A stretch of DNA of 64,000 nucleotides from positions 42,016-106,015 of the forward strand of contig JAWBDT010000003.1 of assembly GCA_038821645.1 (NCBI GenBank), read 5' to 3'. This DNA is from Ignisphaera sp. (GTDB lineage Archaea; Thermoproteota; Thermoprotei_A; Sulfolobales; Ignisphaeraceae). Position 1 is the first letter of the stretch. Each line of letters opens with the position of its first letter. Below the pieces are notes generated by a model. It made no database searches. It saw only the letters and a program-made list of their open reading frames with translations, and had not been told where the DNA came from. This document shows, piece by piece, positions 1 to 10,111 of this stretch. The translations under genes were made by a program, and so were the position numbers.

Positions 1-529
1 TAGGTATACACATTATCTCAGCATATCTAGGTCCCCCTGGTTTTCTCACAATCGTTATACCGTTACATGGCTTCATGATACCGACAACTGTTCCCAGACC
101 TGTTTTACAGACTATGTCTGCCTCATGAGCTATCTCTGTAATAGTGTAAAAGTCTAGAGGAACATTTAGAGCCTTAGCTAATGCGAAAGATATAGCAATA
201 GCTGATCCTCCACTTGTGCCATATCCACCACCTATTGGTACAGAAATACTCTGTTTTATAATTATTCTATTGCCTTTCTCCTTGGATATGGATAATATTT
301 TCTCGACTATGTATCTAGCTAAACAGCTATCTACTTCAACACCATTGATTATATTCAATATAGTCATAGATCCTTGGTCTCTATCCAGAGCCTCTAGAGA
401 AATCTCTACAGTAATAGCACTGTCTATACCAAGACCTCCTCCAGCAGCACCTGTCGTCTCCAGACTACCTGTTATATGAGGTACAAAAAAGCCTGAAAGA
501 CCTGAAGAAGCTCTAGCTCTTACTTTCAC
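1..529 (-). CDS. GHMP-family kinase, probably pantoate kinase (runs off window start; not in ORF track)
   Basis: Manual translation from GTG 529 (GAGGAG upstream): MKVRARASSGLSGFFVPHITGSLETTGAAGGGLG...SVPIGGGYGTSGGSAIA. Contains the GHMP P-x-G-x-G-x-G-x-S motif and a PoK-like N-terminus. Confidence 0.75.
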   Translation of the reverse strand, partial: MKVRARASSGLSGFFVPHITGSLETTGAAGGGLGIDSAITVEISLEALDRDQGSMTILNIINGVEVDSCLARYIVEKILSISKEKGNRIIIKQSISVPIGGGYGTSGGSAIAISFALAKALNVPLDFYTITEIAHEADIVCKTGLGTVVGIMKPCNGITIVRKPGGPRYAEIMCIP

Positions 530-539
530 TATTTCTCCT

Positions 540-1289
540 CTATCCATATTTCTTCATCCACATCTCTATAGCTCTTGCTATAGGTGGTGCTAGATATATC
601 ATAAATGGTATCTCTGTATAGTATGTCCAGAGGAACCATGCTAATGCAGCAGCAAAAGGTGCTTTGACCTGAAATTCGGGAGGTATTGTAGCTATATCTA
701 GTCTAGCTATATAGCTGTAGAGCCATAGTCCCAAGCCTATGTAGAGAGAGCCTATCATAAGCCCTAAACTATATGCTAGAGCTTCATTTGGATAGATGTA
801 GCTTTTCTTACGAAACATTAAAATAATTAATGAGGTAGCTATAGCTATCGCAGATATTAATGCAACACCAATAAATACTATAGTTGTGGCAAGATCTATG
901 AAACCTACGCTATAGAGATAGTAGAGAGCTATTCCGGGAACAAACTGTATAGCTATGGCTAATAAAGCCAAAGATTTAGATTCTCTTGATCCTTTTTTAG
1001 CTATGAATCCAAGGGTATAGAAACCTATAAAGTTTGCAGGAACACCTATTGTTAGACTGATCAATGCATTACCATGAACAACCATATCGCTTACAAATAT
1101 CCCTATAGCTGCACCAAGACCACCCACTAAAGCTCCAAAAACTTCAGCAAAAACAGCTGGTATAAAAACCGAGGGCCAGAATCTGACACCTCCAACAGCA
1201 ATAGCGAAAATCCCAAAAGTAGTAGCTACGCCAACCAATGCATAAAGAGCGGCATTTACAACAGCTAACACTATATCTCTTATCCTCAT
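540..1289 (-). CDS. ECF transporter S component-like membrane protein
   Basis: Multi-TM; pattern AALYA...RFWPSVFIPAVFAEVFGALVGGLGAAIG..VSD typical of S components. Confidence 0.7.
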   Translation of the reverse strand: MRIRDIVLAVVNAALYALVGVATTFGIFAIAVGGVRFWPSVFIPAVFAEVFGALVGGLGAAIGIFVSDMVVHGNALISLTIGVPANFIGFYTLGFIAKKGSRESKSLALLAIAIQFVPGIALYYLYSVGFIDLATTIVFIGVALISAIAIATSLIILMFRKKSYIYPNEALAYSLGLMIGSLYIGLGLWLYSYIARLDIATIPPEFQVKAPFAAALAWFLWTYYTEIPFMIYLAPPIARAIEMWMKKYG

Positions 1290-1433
1290 AACTATAACAC
1301 CTCTAAACCTAACAAGAAGTGAATTAAAATTATTTAAATATAACTATTAGTGAAGTTTAAATAAATTAAATACTGAAGGTTAGCTCTCTGTAGAAATACG
1401 ATCATTAATATAGATAGATGGTATACGAACTTT

Positions 1434-1476
1434 ACAGACTATGACAAGTTTGTTAACATAACTAGTCATAGTCAGT
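1434..1476. promoter_or_regulatory. ~40-bp imperfect palindrome in divergent intergenic region (candidate operator or hairpin)
   Basis: GACTATGAC-A-AGTT-TGTT|AACA-T-AACT-A-GTCATAGTC at 1437-1473, with one mismatch and one bulge. Confidence 0.4.
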
Positions 1477-1609
1477 GAGAATAAAATCAATAACACAGCA
1501 TGTTTTATTTATTAGCTCTATGTCTATGTGGTATTGTTCTGCAGTATTCATTTAATGGTGCTTCTGATTAAAGGTTAAATTTGTGTTACTTGATATTTGA
1601 TATAAGTCA

Positions 1610-3859
1610 ATGAATAAGAATGTGAATTATATGGTTAAAGGTAGAGAATTTGTTGAAGTAGATTTTGGTCTCGGTAAACTTAGGATCTATGTGTATCGTT
1701 CAAATATTGTTCGTGTAACTCATATACCCTATGGAGGAAGTGTTGAAGATAGTTTTGTGATCATTAGTAGACCTATGCTCTATGGATATAGTATTGATGA
1801 TAGAGAAGGTTGTATAGAAGTTTGTACTGATGAAGTATGTGTCTATATTGATAGACATAGAAACTCTATAGATTTTGAAACCAGAGATGTAAAGCTTTCT
1901 GAAGTTGATAGAAAAGCTGTTGATCTTAAGAATTATGGTGAAGCTCTCTATAGTTTTGAACATACATTTGTTATAGATGTGGATGAAGCTCTCTATGGAT
2001 TAGGTCAACATGCTGGCTACTCATCGCATTCGGGTTTTAATTATAGGAATAGAACTGTTTATCTAGCTCAAAGGAATACAGATATAGCTGTACCTTTCAT
2101 GGTTTCAAGCAAAGGTTATGGCATTCTATGGGATATGTATTCTATGGGGGTCTTCAGCTCTAGAGGTAATAAGTTGAGGATGTGGTTTGAAGCTGGAAAG
2201 GTACTAGATTACTACTTTATTTATGGACCTGATATAGATCGTGTTATACAAGGATATAGATATTTAACAGGTAAAGCACCTCTACTACCTAGGTATGCTC
2301 TTGGATATTGGCAATCTAAGGAAAGATATGCATCTCAAGAAGAGATAGTTTCTGTAGTTAAGATGTTTAGAGACAGAGGTATACCAATAGATATTATTGT
2401 TCAAGACTGGAGATACTGGGGTAAATATGGGTGGAATGCCTTTAAATTTGATGAAGAGTATTATCCAGATCCAAAGAAAATGATTGAAGAAATTCGTAGC
2501 ATGGGTGTTAGATTAGCTATATCTATATGGCCTATTTTCGAGAAGAATACCGATATCTATAAGGAGATTAAAGAGATAGGGTGTATTATGACTGGAGGTG
2601 ATAGAGACTTTGGTCTTCTGAATGTATTCAATGAAAAGTGTAGAGAATGGTTCTGGAAGAAGATTGAAGAATCGTTCTTCAGTATAGGTGTTGATGGTTG
2701 GTGGCTAGATGCATCGGAACCAGAAGTAAAACCCCTACTTATATACACAACATGGCAAAAGGATCTAGATACAGGTAAAGGTAAGATGATTAAGTATCTA
2801 AACCTTTATCCACTTCTTGAATCTAAAGCTGTTTACGAAGGTCAAAGAAAAGTTTCGAACAAAAGAGTAGTTATACTGACTCGATCTGGTTTTGCTGGTA
2901 TACAAAGGTATGGTGTAATTAATTGGTCTGGTGATGTAACAGGTGATTGGACTACATTTAGGTCACAGATACAGGCTGGACTAAATTACTCTATCTCAGG
3001 CTTACCTTATTGGACAACAGATATAGGTGGTTTCTTTAGCGGTAACCCGGATACAGAAGGCTATAGAGAGTTATTTATTAGATGGTTCCAATTTGGAGTC
3101 TTTAACCCTATTTTTAGAGTCCATGGAACCTATTATCCAAAAGAGCCATGGAGATTTGGCGAAGAAGTAGAAAAGATACTTACGAAATTCATTAAGCTAC
3201 GATACAGATTATTGCCATATATTTACACACTTATGTGGAAGGTCTATAGCGAAGATTATACAATCATAAGGCCTCTAGTGATGGATTTTAGAGAAGATCC
3301 TGAAGTTCTAGATATAGATGATCAATATATGTTCGGACCCTATATCATGGTCTCCCCCATCACAACACCATCAACATATGAAAGAGAAGTCTATATACCA
3401 AAAGGTCTTTGGTATGACTTTTGGTCTGGAGAGAAATTCTATGGAGGAAAATACATTAGAGTTGAAGCTCCACTAGACAGAATACCACTACATATAAGAG
3501 CAGGTTCTCTTATTCCTATGGCTTCTCCAGGTATCAAGAACTCTATGGAAGAGGTGAATGAGATAGAGCTTAGGGTTTATAGAGGAAGAGATTCAGAATT
3601 CTACATATATATAGATGATGGTGAAACCTATAGATACGAGCTAGGAGAATACACATTAATACCCTTGAAATGGTCTGAAGAAGAATCCAAGCTGATTATA
3701 GATAACAAGGTAGGTAAATACAGCATAAATGATATTGTCTTCAAAATAGTTATAGTTGATAGAGAGAGAGGTGGAGGCATCGAAGAAGCTCAACCAGATA
3801 CAGAGGTTATATATAGAGGAGATAAAATAATTATTGAATTGAAAAACAACAAGTCATAG
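1610..3859 (+). CDS. GH31 glycoside hydrolase, alpha-xylosidase (XylS-like)
   Basis: GH31 motifs WLDASEP (nucleophile), WSGD (acid/base), DIGGF, RWFQFG, RVHG. Confidence 0.88.
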   Translation: MNKNVNYMVKGREFVEVDFGLGKLRIYVYRSNIVRVTHIPYGGSVEDSFVIISRPMLYGYSIDDREGCIEVCTDEVCVYIDRHRNSIDFETRDVKLSEVDRKAVDLKNYGEALYSFEHTFVIDVDEALYGLGQHAGYSSHSGFNYRNRTVYLAQRNTDIAVPFMVSSKGYGILWDMYSMGVFSSRGNKLRMWFEAGKVLDYYFIYGPDIDRVIQGYRYLTGKAPLLPRYALGYWQSKERYASQEEIVSVVKMFRDRGIPIDIIVQDWRYWGKYGWNAFKFDEEYYPDPKKMIEEIRSMGVRLAISIWPIFEKNTDIYKEIKEIGCIMTGGDRDFGLLNVFNEKCREWFWKKIEESFFSIGVDGWWLDASEPEVKPLLIYTTWQKDLDTGKGKMIKYLNLYPLLESKAVYEGQRKVSNKRVVILTRSGFAGIQRYGVINWSGDVTGDWTTFRSQIQAGLNYSISGLPYWTTDIGGFFSGNPDTEGYRELFIRWFQFGVFNPIFRVHGTYYPKEPWRFGEEVEKILTKFIKLRYRLLPYIYTLMWKVYSEDYTIIRPLVMDFREDPEVLDIDDQYMFGPYIMVSPITTPSTYEREVYIPKGLWYDFWSGEKFYGGKYIRVEAPLDRIPLHIRAGSLIPMASPGIKNSMEEVNEIELRVYRGRDSEFYIYIDDGETYRYELGEYTLIPLKWSEEESKLIIDNKVGKYSINDIVFKIVIVDRERGGGIEEAQPDTEVIYRGDKIIIELKNNKS

Positions 3860-4185
3860 TCTAATCATCATGATAACCATGAGCTCTACATCAATACTCA
3901 GTATCTAACCACTTTTATTCAGTTTTAAACACAGCTCTACACTTCATTAAATCTTGCAATAGATTACCTAGATATTCAAATAATTCTATTGAATAACATT
4001 CAAATAATTATAAATATACATGTTCTAATTTCACAGAATTACCTAAAAACAATACAGCTTTAGAAACTGATAAAAGATTCTAAAGATACATTCTATCTCA
4101 ATTAAAACAACAAGAGAATCAGAAAATACATAAAGTCTAAGCACAATTACGGATATACTCGAATACACAATTCAATGTTAATTTA

Positions 4186-4237
4186 TCAGAACAGGCCGAC
4201 ATCATCATAATACTTCAGCACGGAGCGAATACATCAT
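4186..4237 (-). ncRNA. Box C/D methylation-guide sRNA
   Basis: Minus strand: ATGATGT (C) - ATTCGCTCCGTG - CTGA (D') - AGTATT - ATGATGA (C') - TGTCGGCCTGTT - CTGA (D). Both guides are 12 nt and GC-rich in an AT-rich gap. Confidence 0.8.
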
Positions 4238-4590
4238 CTAGCAAATCTCTAGCTCCAACTAACTATAAATAATTATTAACTTATCACAATTAGTATCTTA
4301 AATCGTGTAGAGCTAAATAAAAAGAGCTACACTTTATCATGTCTATCTATTATATCTGTTTGTTATATCTGTCTATAGTTCTCAGGATCTCGAGATTAAT
4401 GAAACAGAAGATTGAATCTAAATAATTCATTATATTTCTTCAGGTATAGATGCTCTAAGTAAGAGATAGTAGTTCTCAATACTCTATATAGAAAATCAGT
4501 AATCCTTGATTTTGTTTACCAAACTCTATATACAATGCAGTTTTGACTTTCTATAACTATGTTCTATGTTTACAAAATCTTTTACATTAT

Positions 4591-4619
4591 GAAGCCATCC
4601 TTTAGGGTGGAGAGGATCA
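4591..4619 (+). mobile_element. Degenerate IS200/IS605-type end hairpin remnant
   Basis: GAAGCCATCCTTTAGGGTGGAGAGGATCA resembles archaeal IS605-family right ends (GAAGCC..CCTTTAGGG..GGAGGTCA). No transposase nearby. Confidence 0.4.
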
Positions 4620-4956
4620 AATCATAATACTATATGTTCAATAAATTTAACGCTCTTTATTTCAATGTATATGAACAAAAATAATGAAAATAAAATAATC
4701 ACAACAAGATCTTCATAAACATCAAAGATATAGACATTTTAATAAACAGATGTAGTTTTCGACATCAAGATGATTATCAATATTGTAAGTAGCGTATTGA
4801 AGCTATATACATTGTTTATATATGTGTCTTCTGAATATTTGTATAGAAGGATCGCATCTGTATAGATAGATTAATCTAAGCTTATCTAGTTTCTCTGTAT
4901 GATATTTGAACTTCAAGACTTATAACCTGTTATGTACAGATATTTTGGGTATACCT

Positions 4957-5865
4957 ATGCGGAGAAGATCTCTCTTTATAGTCATAGGAATAGCGGTAGG
5001 AATAGCGATTGTTATATCTTATCTACTTGTCTGGAGTTTTGTACAGATATCTATAGGGTATATTGCTATTGTGAAGCTTGAGGGAACTATAGGATATAGT
5101 AGAGGTTTTCTGAGTTCTGTGGGTATTACTCCTGATGATGTTAGACGATATGTTGAGATACTAATTTCAGATCCAGCTGCAAAAGCTGTCGTAGTTATCG
5201 TTAATAGTCCTGGAGGTTCTGCCTCAGCTTCAGAAGAAATCTATCAATACATTAAGAAGTTAGCTGAAGTGAAAACTGTTGTAGTGTATTCTCCCGAGAC
5301 TTTAGCTAGTGGAGGTTACTACATTGCATTACCAGCCCATAAGATTATAGTATCTCCATACGCATTCGTAGGTTCTATAGGAGCTGTATCCATAGTTCTT
5401 GATGTTGAAGATCTTCTTAAGAATATAGGGATTAACGTAACCATAATAAAATCGGGTGAATATAAAGATATAGGCTCTATATATAGATCGCTTACAGCTG
5501 ATGAATATAAGATATTTAGCGAGTTGGTGAACAAATCTGCAGAACTATTTATAGAGAGAGTAAAAGAGAATAGACCTAATGTGGCTAGCGAAGTATTTAC
5601 AGCTAGAGTATACTTAGGGATAGATTCTGTTAAAGTGGGTTTAGCAGATGATATTGGAACACTCGAATACGCTATAAGTATTGCAAGAAAACTTGCAAAT
5701 CTACCTCAATATACGCCCACAAGAATTATAGAGAGACCTAAAGGTCTTCTAGAGATATTGCTAAGTCTTCAAACAAGTTTTACTGAAAATACATTACATA
5801 GAGCTACTGAAGAGTTATTCCTATCCGAATTTCAAAACAAGATATTGTTCCTGTGGATAAAATAA
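4957..5865 (+). CDS. sppA: Signal peptide peptidase SppA (S49)
   Basis: NSPGG, ASGGYYIA, GSIG and KSGEYKD motifs; N-terminal TM. Start moved to ATG 4957 (MRRRSL). Confidence 0.88.
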   Translation: MRRRSLFIVIGIAVGIAIVISYLLVWSFVQISIGYIAIVKLEGTIGYSRGFLSSVGITPDDVRRYVEILISDPAAKAVVVIVNSPGGSASASEEIYQYIKKLAEVKTVVVYSPETLASGGYYIALPAHKIIVSPYAFVGSIGAVSIVLDVEDLLKNIGINVTIIKSGEYKDIGSIYRSLTADEYKIFSELVNKSAELFIERVKENRPNVASEVFTARVYLGIDSVKVGLADDIGTLEYAISIARKLANLPQYTPTRIIERPKGLLEILLSLQTSFTENTLHRATEELFLSEFQNKILFLWIK

Positions 5866-5892
5866 CCGAGTAAGATGATAAAGTAGGACGTA

Positions 5893-6636
5893 CTACGAGA
5901 GTAAGAGCAATAGTATGAAGGACAATATAATCGATACAACCGTAACCATCACTATAGATTTTGTAATACTCCTCTCAACTCTATACCCATTTTTTATTAT
6001 ACGTCTTTCTTTGGATAATCTTGTAAACTTTTCATCTACTTCCATGGGAACATCTCTCCATGATTTATACCATAGATTATCGCATGTTGTATAATGTACC
6101 ATAGAAACATCATGTCTATGAATCCTTGATTTATTGAGTCCAAGACCTAGACGCCATATAGAGGGTCTCACAATCTCTAATTCTTTTTTAGATGTAGTGG
6201 TATGTAGAATTTTGGTTAATGTACTGATTATCAAGGAGAGATAGGGTCTAAGTGGTTTATGTCTAGGATCTTTGGTAATAAGTGTTGTTACTTCATCTAT
6301 GTAGTAAGCTAAAGGCTCAAGAGCTTTAATAACTTCTCGACATGATAGAACATAACTAATAACTCTGGTATTACCTCTATAGGATTCTAGAACCATCTGT
6401 ATAAGAGATGTTAATTTGATGAGATAACCATCAATACTTCTAACTCCTGAAATACCCGATAAGAATTTCTCTATGGCTTCAGAAAAAGATGAGACTGAAG
6501 AATCATTTGAGAAACAGCTTACAGAATCTAGATCAACATGTTGTAGATTTATGGTACACAAATCACGATTAGAATTACCATGTTCTCTTTTTATAGCTAC
6601 ATAATTTTGCACCAACACAACACCAAGGAAGTACAA
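5893..6636 (-). CDS. Hypothetical protein with C-terminal TM anchor
   Basis: 247-aa ORF with hydrophobic C-terminus; no recognised motif; start uncertain. Confidence 0.55.
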   Translation of the reverse strand: MYFLGVVLVQNYVAIKREHGNSNRDLCTINLQHVDLDSVSCFSNDSSVSSFSEAIEKFLSGISGVRSIDGYLIKLTSLIQMVLESYRGNTRVISYVLSCREVIKALEPLAYYIDEVTTLITKDPRHKPLRPYLSLIISTLTKILHTTTSKKELEIVRPSIWRLGLGLNKSRIHRHDVSMVHYTTCDNLWYKSWRDVPMEVDEKFTRLSKERRIIKNGYRVERSITKSIVMVTVVSIILSFILLLLLS

Positions 6637-7217
6637 TATACTTTCATCTATTTAAGGATGTAGGTGTCAGGCGTTTGCTAGTCTCAATTACGCCGAAGTA
6701 CCATTTAAAATAAGTTACAAAAATTACAAATATTTTAACAATTACTTAGCTCTAGCTACAGTCTATAACAGTATTGAATATAGTGACTCAGTAAATCATT
6801 TACTAGATAACGCATTTAGTTAAATTAAATATGTAGAAATATGTATTTACCTCACGGCTCAGATAACGTCAGCATCAAACATATAGCTAAGGTTATTAGA
6901 CATAAAATCTACATCTATTCTATATTGTAGCTATATCTCTTTAATTTTATTAGAAAGAATACCTATAGAGGTGGAGATTCCATAATTGTTAATAGAAACA
7001 ACATCGATATGAGGTTTCAGAAACTAGTAAACCGATTTACTGGAATAATATTATTACTAGAATCATAGGAGAACTAGTTCCATACATTAATTAGAATTGA
7101 AGTAGATTAGAGTAGATCTAAGAACATAAGCCATACACTCTTTCTAACAAAACAATTGTTGAAATAACATTAAGCTTTATTAGGTGTATAGAGTAATCAC
7201 TATTCGGTGATGTTATT

Positions 7218-8051
7218 ATGAGACTTGAGTTTGTGGCTTATCTAATTGTATTGGTTATAGTTATAGCTATAGTTGCATACACCTTGTCTCTTATTTATGG
7301 TAAACCATATATTCAGCCATCCGATAAAGAGTATAGAGAAGGTGTATCCCTGGTCTCTATCGTTGGGGATATAATATATCTACCTCCACCTAGAAAGGTG
7401 ACTAATGTTAGTGTTGAAGAGGCTATTCTATGGAGGAGAAGTATAAGGGATTACACAGCAGATCCGTTAACAATTGATCAACTTTCTATGCTTCTTTGGG
7501 CTGCTTATGGAGTAACAGAAACTACATGGGGTCTTAGAGCTGCTCCAAGTGCTGGAGCTACATATCCTCTAGAAATATATGTTGTTGTTGGGAATAGAAG
7601 TGTTCTTCTAGACTTAAACAAGTATCTTGATGCGGGGGTCTACAAGTATCATATACATAGCCATAGCTTGGAGCTCGTAAAAAGAGGTGATTTTAGAAAC
7701 GAGTTAGCTAGAGCTGCTCTAGACCAGAGATGGGTTAGAGAAGCTCCTGTAAATATAGTCATTACGGCTGTGTTTGAGAGAACAACATCAGTTTATGGAG
7801 CTAGAGGTAGAGAAAGGTATGTACCTATGGAAGTAGGCCATGTGGGGCAAAACATATATCTTATGGCTACAGCATTGAGGCTTGGAACGGTTGTTGTTGG
7901 TGCCTTTATCGATGATTGGGTAGCTAGAGTTGTATCTGCTTCAGAGGATGAAGTGCCTATGTATATAGTGCCTGTGGGTGTTCCTAGAGAATTTAGGGAG
8001 ACGTCTTTTGAGGAAATATATAGATTTATAGAAAGGAATAGAAGGAGATAG
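7218..8051 (+). CDS. SagB/ThcOx-type FMN nitroreductase-family protein with N-terminal TM
   Basis: RRSIRDY, RAAPSAGATYPLE, EVGHVGQNIYL motifs; GGTGA SD. Confidence 0.85.
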   Translation: MRLEFVAYLIVLVIVIAIVAYTLSLIYGKPYIQPSDKEYREGVSLVSIVGDIIYLPPPRKVTNVSVEEAILWRRSIRDYTADPLTIDQLSMLLWAAYGVTETTWGLRAAPSAGATYPLEIYVVVGNRSVLLDLNKYLDAGVYKYHIHSHSLELVKRGDFRNELARAALDQRWVREAPVNIVITAVFERTTSVYGARGRERYVPMEVGHVGQNIYLMATALRLGTVVVGAFIDDWVARVVSASEDEVPMYIVPVGVPREFRETSFEEIYRFIERNRRR

Positions 8052-8053
8052 AT

Positions 8054-8383
8054 ATGGTTAAATCGCTTAGGTTAGCATTAGCTATAGTCGAGACAACATC
8101 CATACCATTGATAATACTTACAGCTCTATACATTCTATCTGGATACCAGTTACTCTATCCCCAAGTATACTTCATGCCATCAGCAAGAATTATACATACC
8201 GACTTCTACCTTAGATTGGTGTTCCTGATGTTAGTGTATCTACACTCTCTAGCAGGTATAATAATAATTTGTGAAAGAAGATTAAGTAATAAGTTGCTCA
8301 AATACATTCTGGAATACATAGCTGTAGCCCTATTATCAATACTTGTAGCAATTCCCTTGGCACTAGAAATAATCTACAAATGA
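8054..8383 (+). CDS. Small 3-TM membrane protein with His residues (cytochrome-b-anchor-like)
   Basis: Three hydrophobic segments, IIHTDF and YLHSLAG; 2 bp after the nitroreductase stop. Confidence 0.55.
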   Translation: MVKSLRLALAIVETTSIPLIILTALYILSGYQLLYPQVYFMPSARIIHTDFYLRLVFLMLVYLHSLAGIIIICERRLSNKLLKYILEYIAVALLSILVAIPLALEIIYK

Positions 8384-8444
8384 AATCCAGATTAAGTAGA
8401 GTTCATTCAATGAGCCATCAACTATCGAAAAATAATGAAGACCA

Positions 8445-9278
8445 TTATGTTTCTTGATCTTCTGGTTCTATATGTATGGACACATCTATACCACTCTTCC
8501 TAAGCTCTTTCTCGACAGTATCAACAATGCTGTGAGCTTCTTCAACCAATGTTCCTGAAGAAACTTTTACAATTACATCTCCGTGATATACATTCTCTAC
8601 AACCTTTCTAAGTCTAATCCTATCAACGTTTAGACCATATCTCTTTACAGTTTCAGAAACCATTTCTACAACATCATGTGAAACAGTATCACTCACAACT
8701 TCTACAACTTCTCTAAAGTTTCTTACAAGCTCTATAAAGAGATACAGTGTCAATCCTATAGATCCCACTAAATCCACCATATAGCTAATTGCTATACCGC
8801 CTAACGATGATACTATCGATACAGCACTCTCAATTAACTCTATAGCTGTAAATCCTGCATAACCTACAACAATAGGATGGACTCTCTTAGAGATAAATAT
8901 AGCCAGTCCATAGGGGATAAGAGCTAATGTAGCATAGATAGGAGATTCATAGCCAACTCTGTATTCTTTGCCAAGCGTATTGACTATATCCAGTATAACT
9001 AATCCTGCAACAAAAGAATATAACATAAGCATAGATATGGGTCCTCCAAGAGCTATGCGGTGATGTCCATAGTGATGATCTTTATCGGGAGGGATCATTC
9101 CCGCCTTAAAGAATTTGAGTATAAGAATTATAGCTAGAGTATTAGCTATAGACGTCATTGCATCAACAAACACAGATTTAGACCCACCTACAACACTTCC
9201 ATATATTTTTAGAGACCCACCTACAACACTTAATACTATCAATACGGCTATGGTATTCCCAACTTTTTTCATAGCCAT
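8445..9278 (-). CDS. Cation diffusion facilitator (CDF) transporter
   Basis: PPDKDHHYGHHR and C-terminal EAHSIVD...VSIHIEP. Confidence 0.85.
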   Translation of the reverse strand: MAMKKVGNTIAVLIVLSVVGGSLKIYGSVVGGSKSVFVDAMTSIANTLAIILILKFFKAGMIPPDKDHHYGHHRIALGGPISMLMLYSFVAGLVILDIVNTLGKEYRVGYESPIYATLALIPYGLAIFISKRVHPIVVGYAGFTAIELIESAVSIVSSLGGIAISYMVDLVGSIGLTLYLFIELVRNFREVVEVVSDTVSHDVVEMVSETVKRYGLNVDRIRLRKVVENVYHGDVIVKVSSGTLVEEAHSIVDTVEKELRKSGIDVSIHIEPEDQET

Positions 9279-9388
9279 TCACGAAAAATTTGATTTCTAG
9301 TCAATATAAGTATTCTTTAAGATATTCTTTAGTTAAACACCATAGAACATATATACTCTACCTCATTCATAGATTCTGGGATCGATAA

Positions 9389-10111
9389 ATGATAGGACCC
9401 ATACATATAAAGGCAAAGAAAGGTGAAGTAGCTGAAAGAGTTATTGTTGCTGGCGATCCAGCTAGAGTAGAACAAGTTGCATCAATTCTAGATAATCCTG
9501 TTCTCGTTAATAGAAACAGAGGCTTACTAGTCTATACAGGCAACTACAAGGGTATACCAATATCTGTTGCAATGCATGGTGTAGGTCATCCTTCGTCAAT
9601 GCTAGTTATAGAGGAACTGATAATGCTTGGCGCAAAAGCAATCATTAGATTCGGTACATGTGGAGCAATGGTGAAGGGACTCAAAATAGGTGATCTAATA
9701 ATACCTACTGGAGCTGCATATCACCCAGGAGGAGCATTCTATCAATACCTAAGAGATAACGTCTGTATGGCTTGTTCTCCACATTACGAGATACTTAAAG
9801 CTCTTGTTGAAGAAACTGAAAAAGCAGCTGTAAAATACGCTATAGGCCCTATAGTAAGTAGCGATGCATTCTATGCAGAAGACCCAGAATTCGTTAAGAG
9901 ATGGAGCAGTAGAGGTATAATAGCTGTAGAAATGGAGTGTGCAGGTCTATTCATGTTAGGTGCTATGAGGGGTGTGAAAACAGGTGCTCTACTACTTGTA
10001 AGTGATTCACTTGTAGAAGAATTAGGATTTGCAACAGCAGAAGAATTAAAATACTATGTAGATAGAGCATCAAGAATAGTACTTGAGGCATTAATAAAGG
10101 TTAAAGTATGA
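9389..10111 (+). CDS. deoD: Purine nucleoside phosphorylase (DeoD-type / MTAP-I)
   Basis: GDPARV, HGVGHPS, RFGTCG, SSDAFY, VEMECA. Confidence 0.88.
   Translation: MIGPIHIKAKKGEVAERVIVAGDPARVEQVASILDNPVLVNRNRGLLVYTGNYKGIPISVAMHGVGHPSSMLVIEELIMLGAKAIIRFGTCGAMVKGLKIGDLIIPTGAAYHPGGAFYQYLRDNVCMACSPHYEILKALVEETEKAAVKYAIGPIVSSDAFYAEDPEFVKRWSSRGIIAVEMECAGLFMLGAMRGVKTGALLLVSDSLVEELGFATAEELKYYVDRASRIVLEALIKVKV

Noticed and set aside
216-479. 87-aa plus-strand ORF and the many other short ORFs antisense to long genes
   Set aside because: They are shadow frames of well-supported opposite-strand CDSs, here the GHMP kinase.
6845-6880. Minus-strand TTGATGC..CTGA..GTGAGGT, a half C/D pattern
   Set aside because: No terminal D box and degenerate C boxes.
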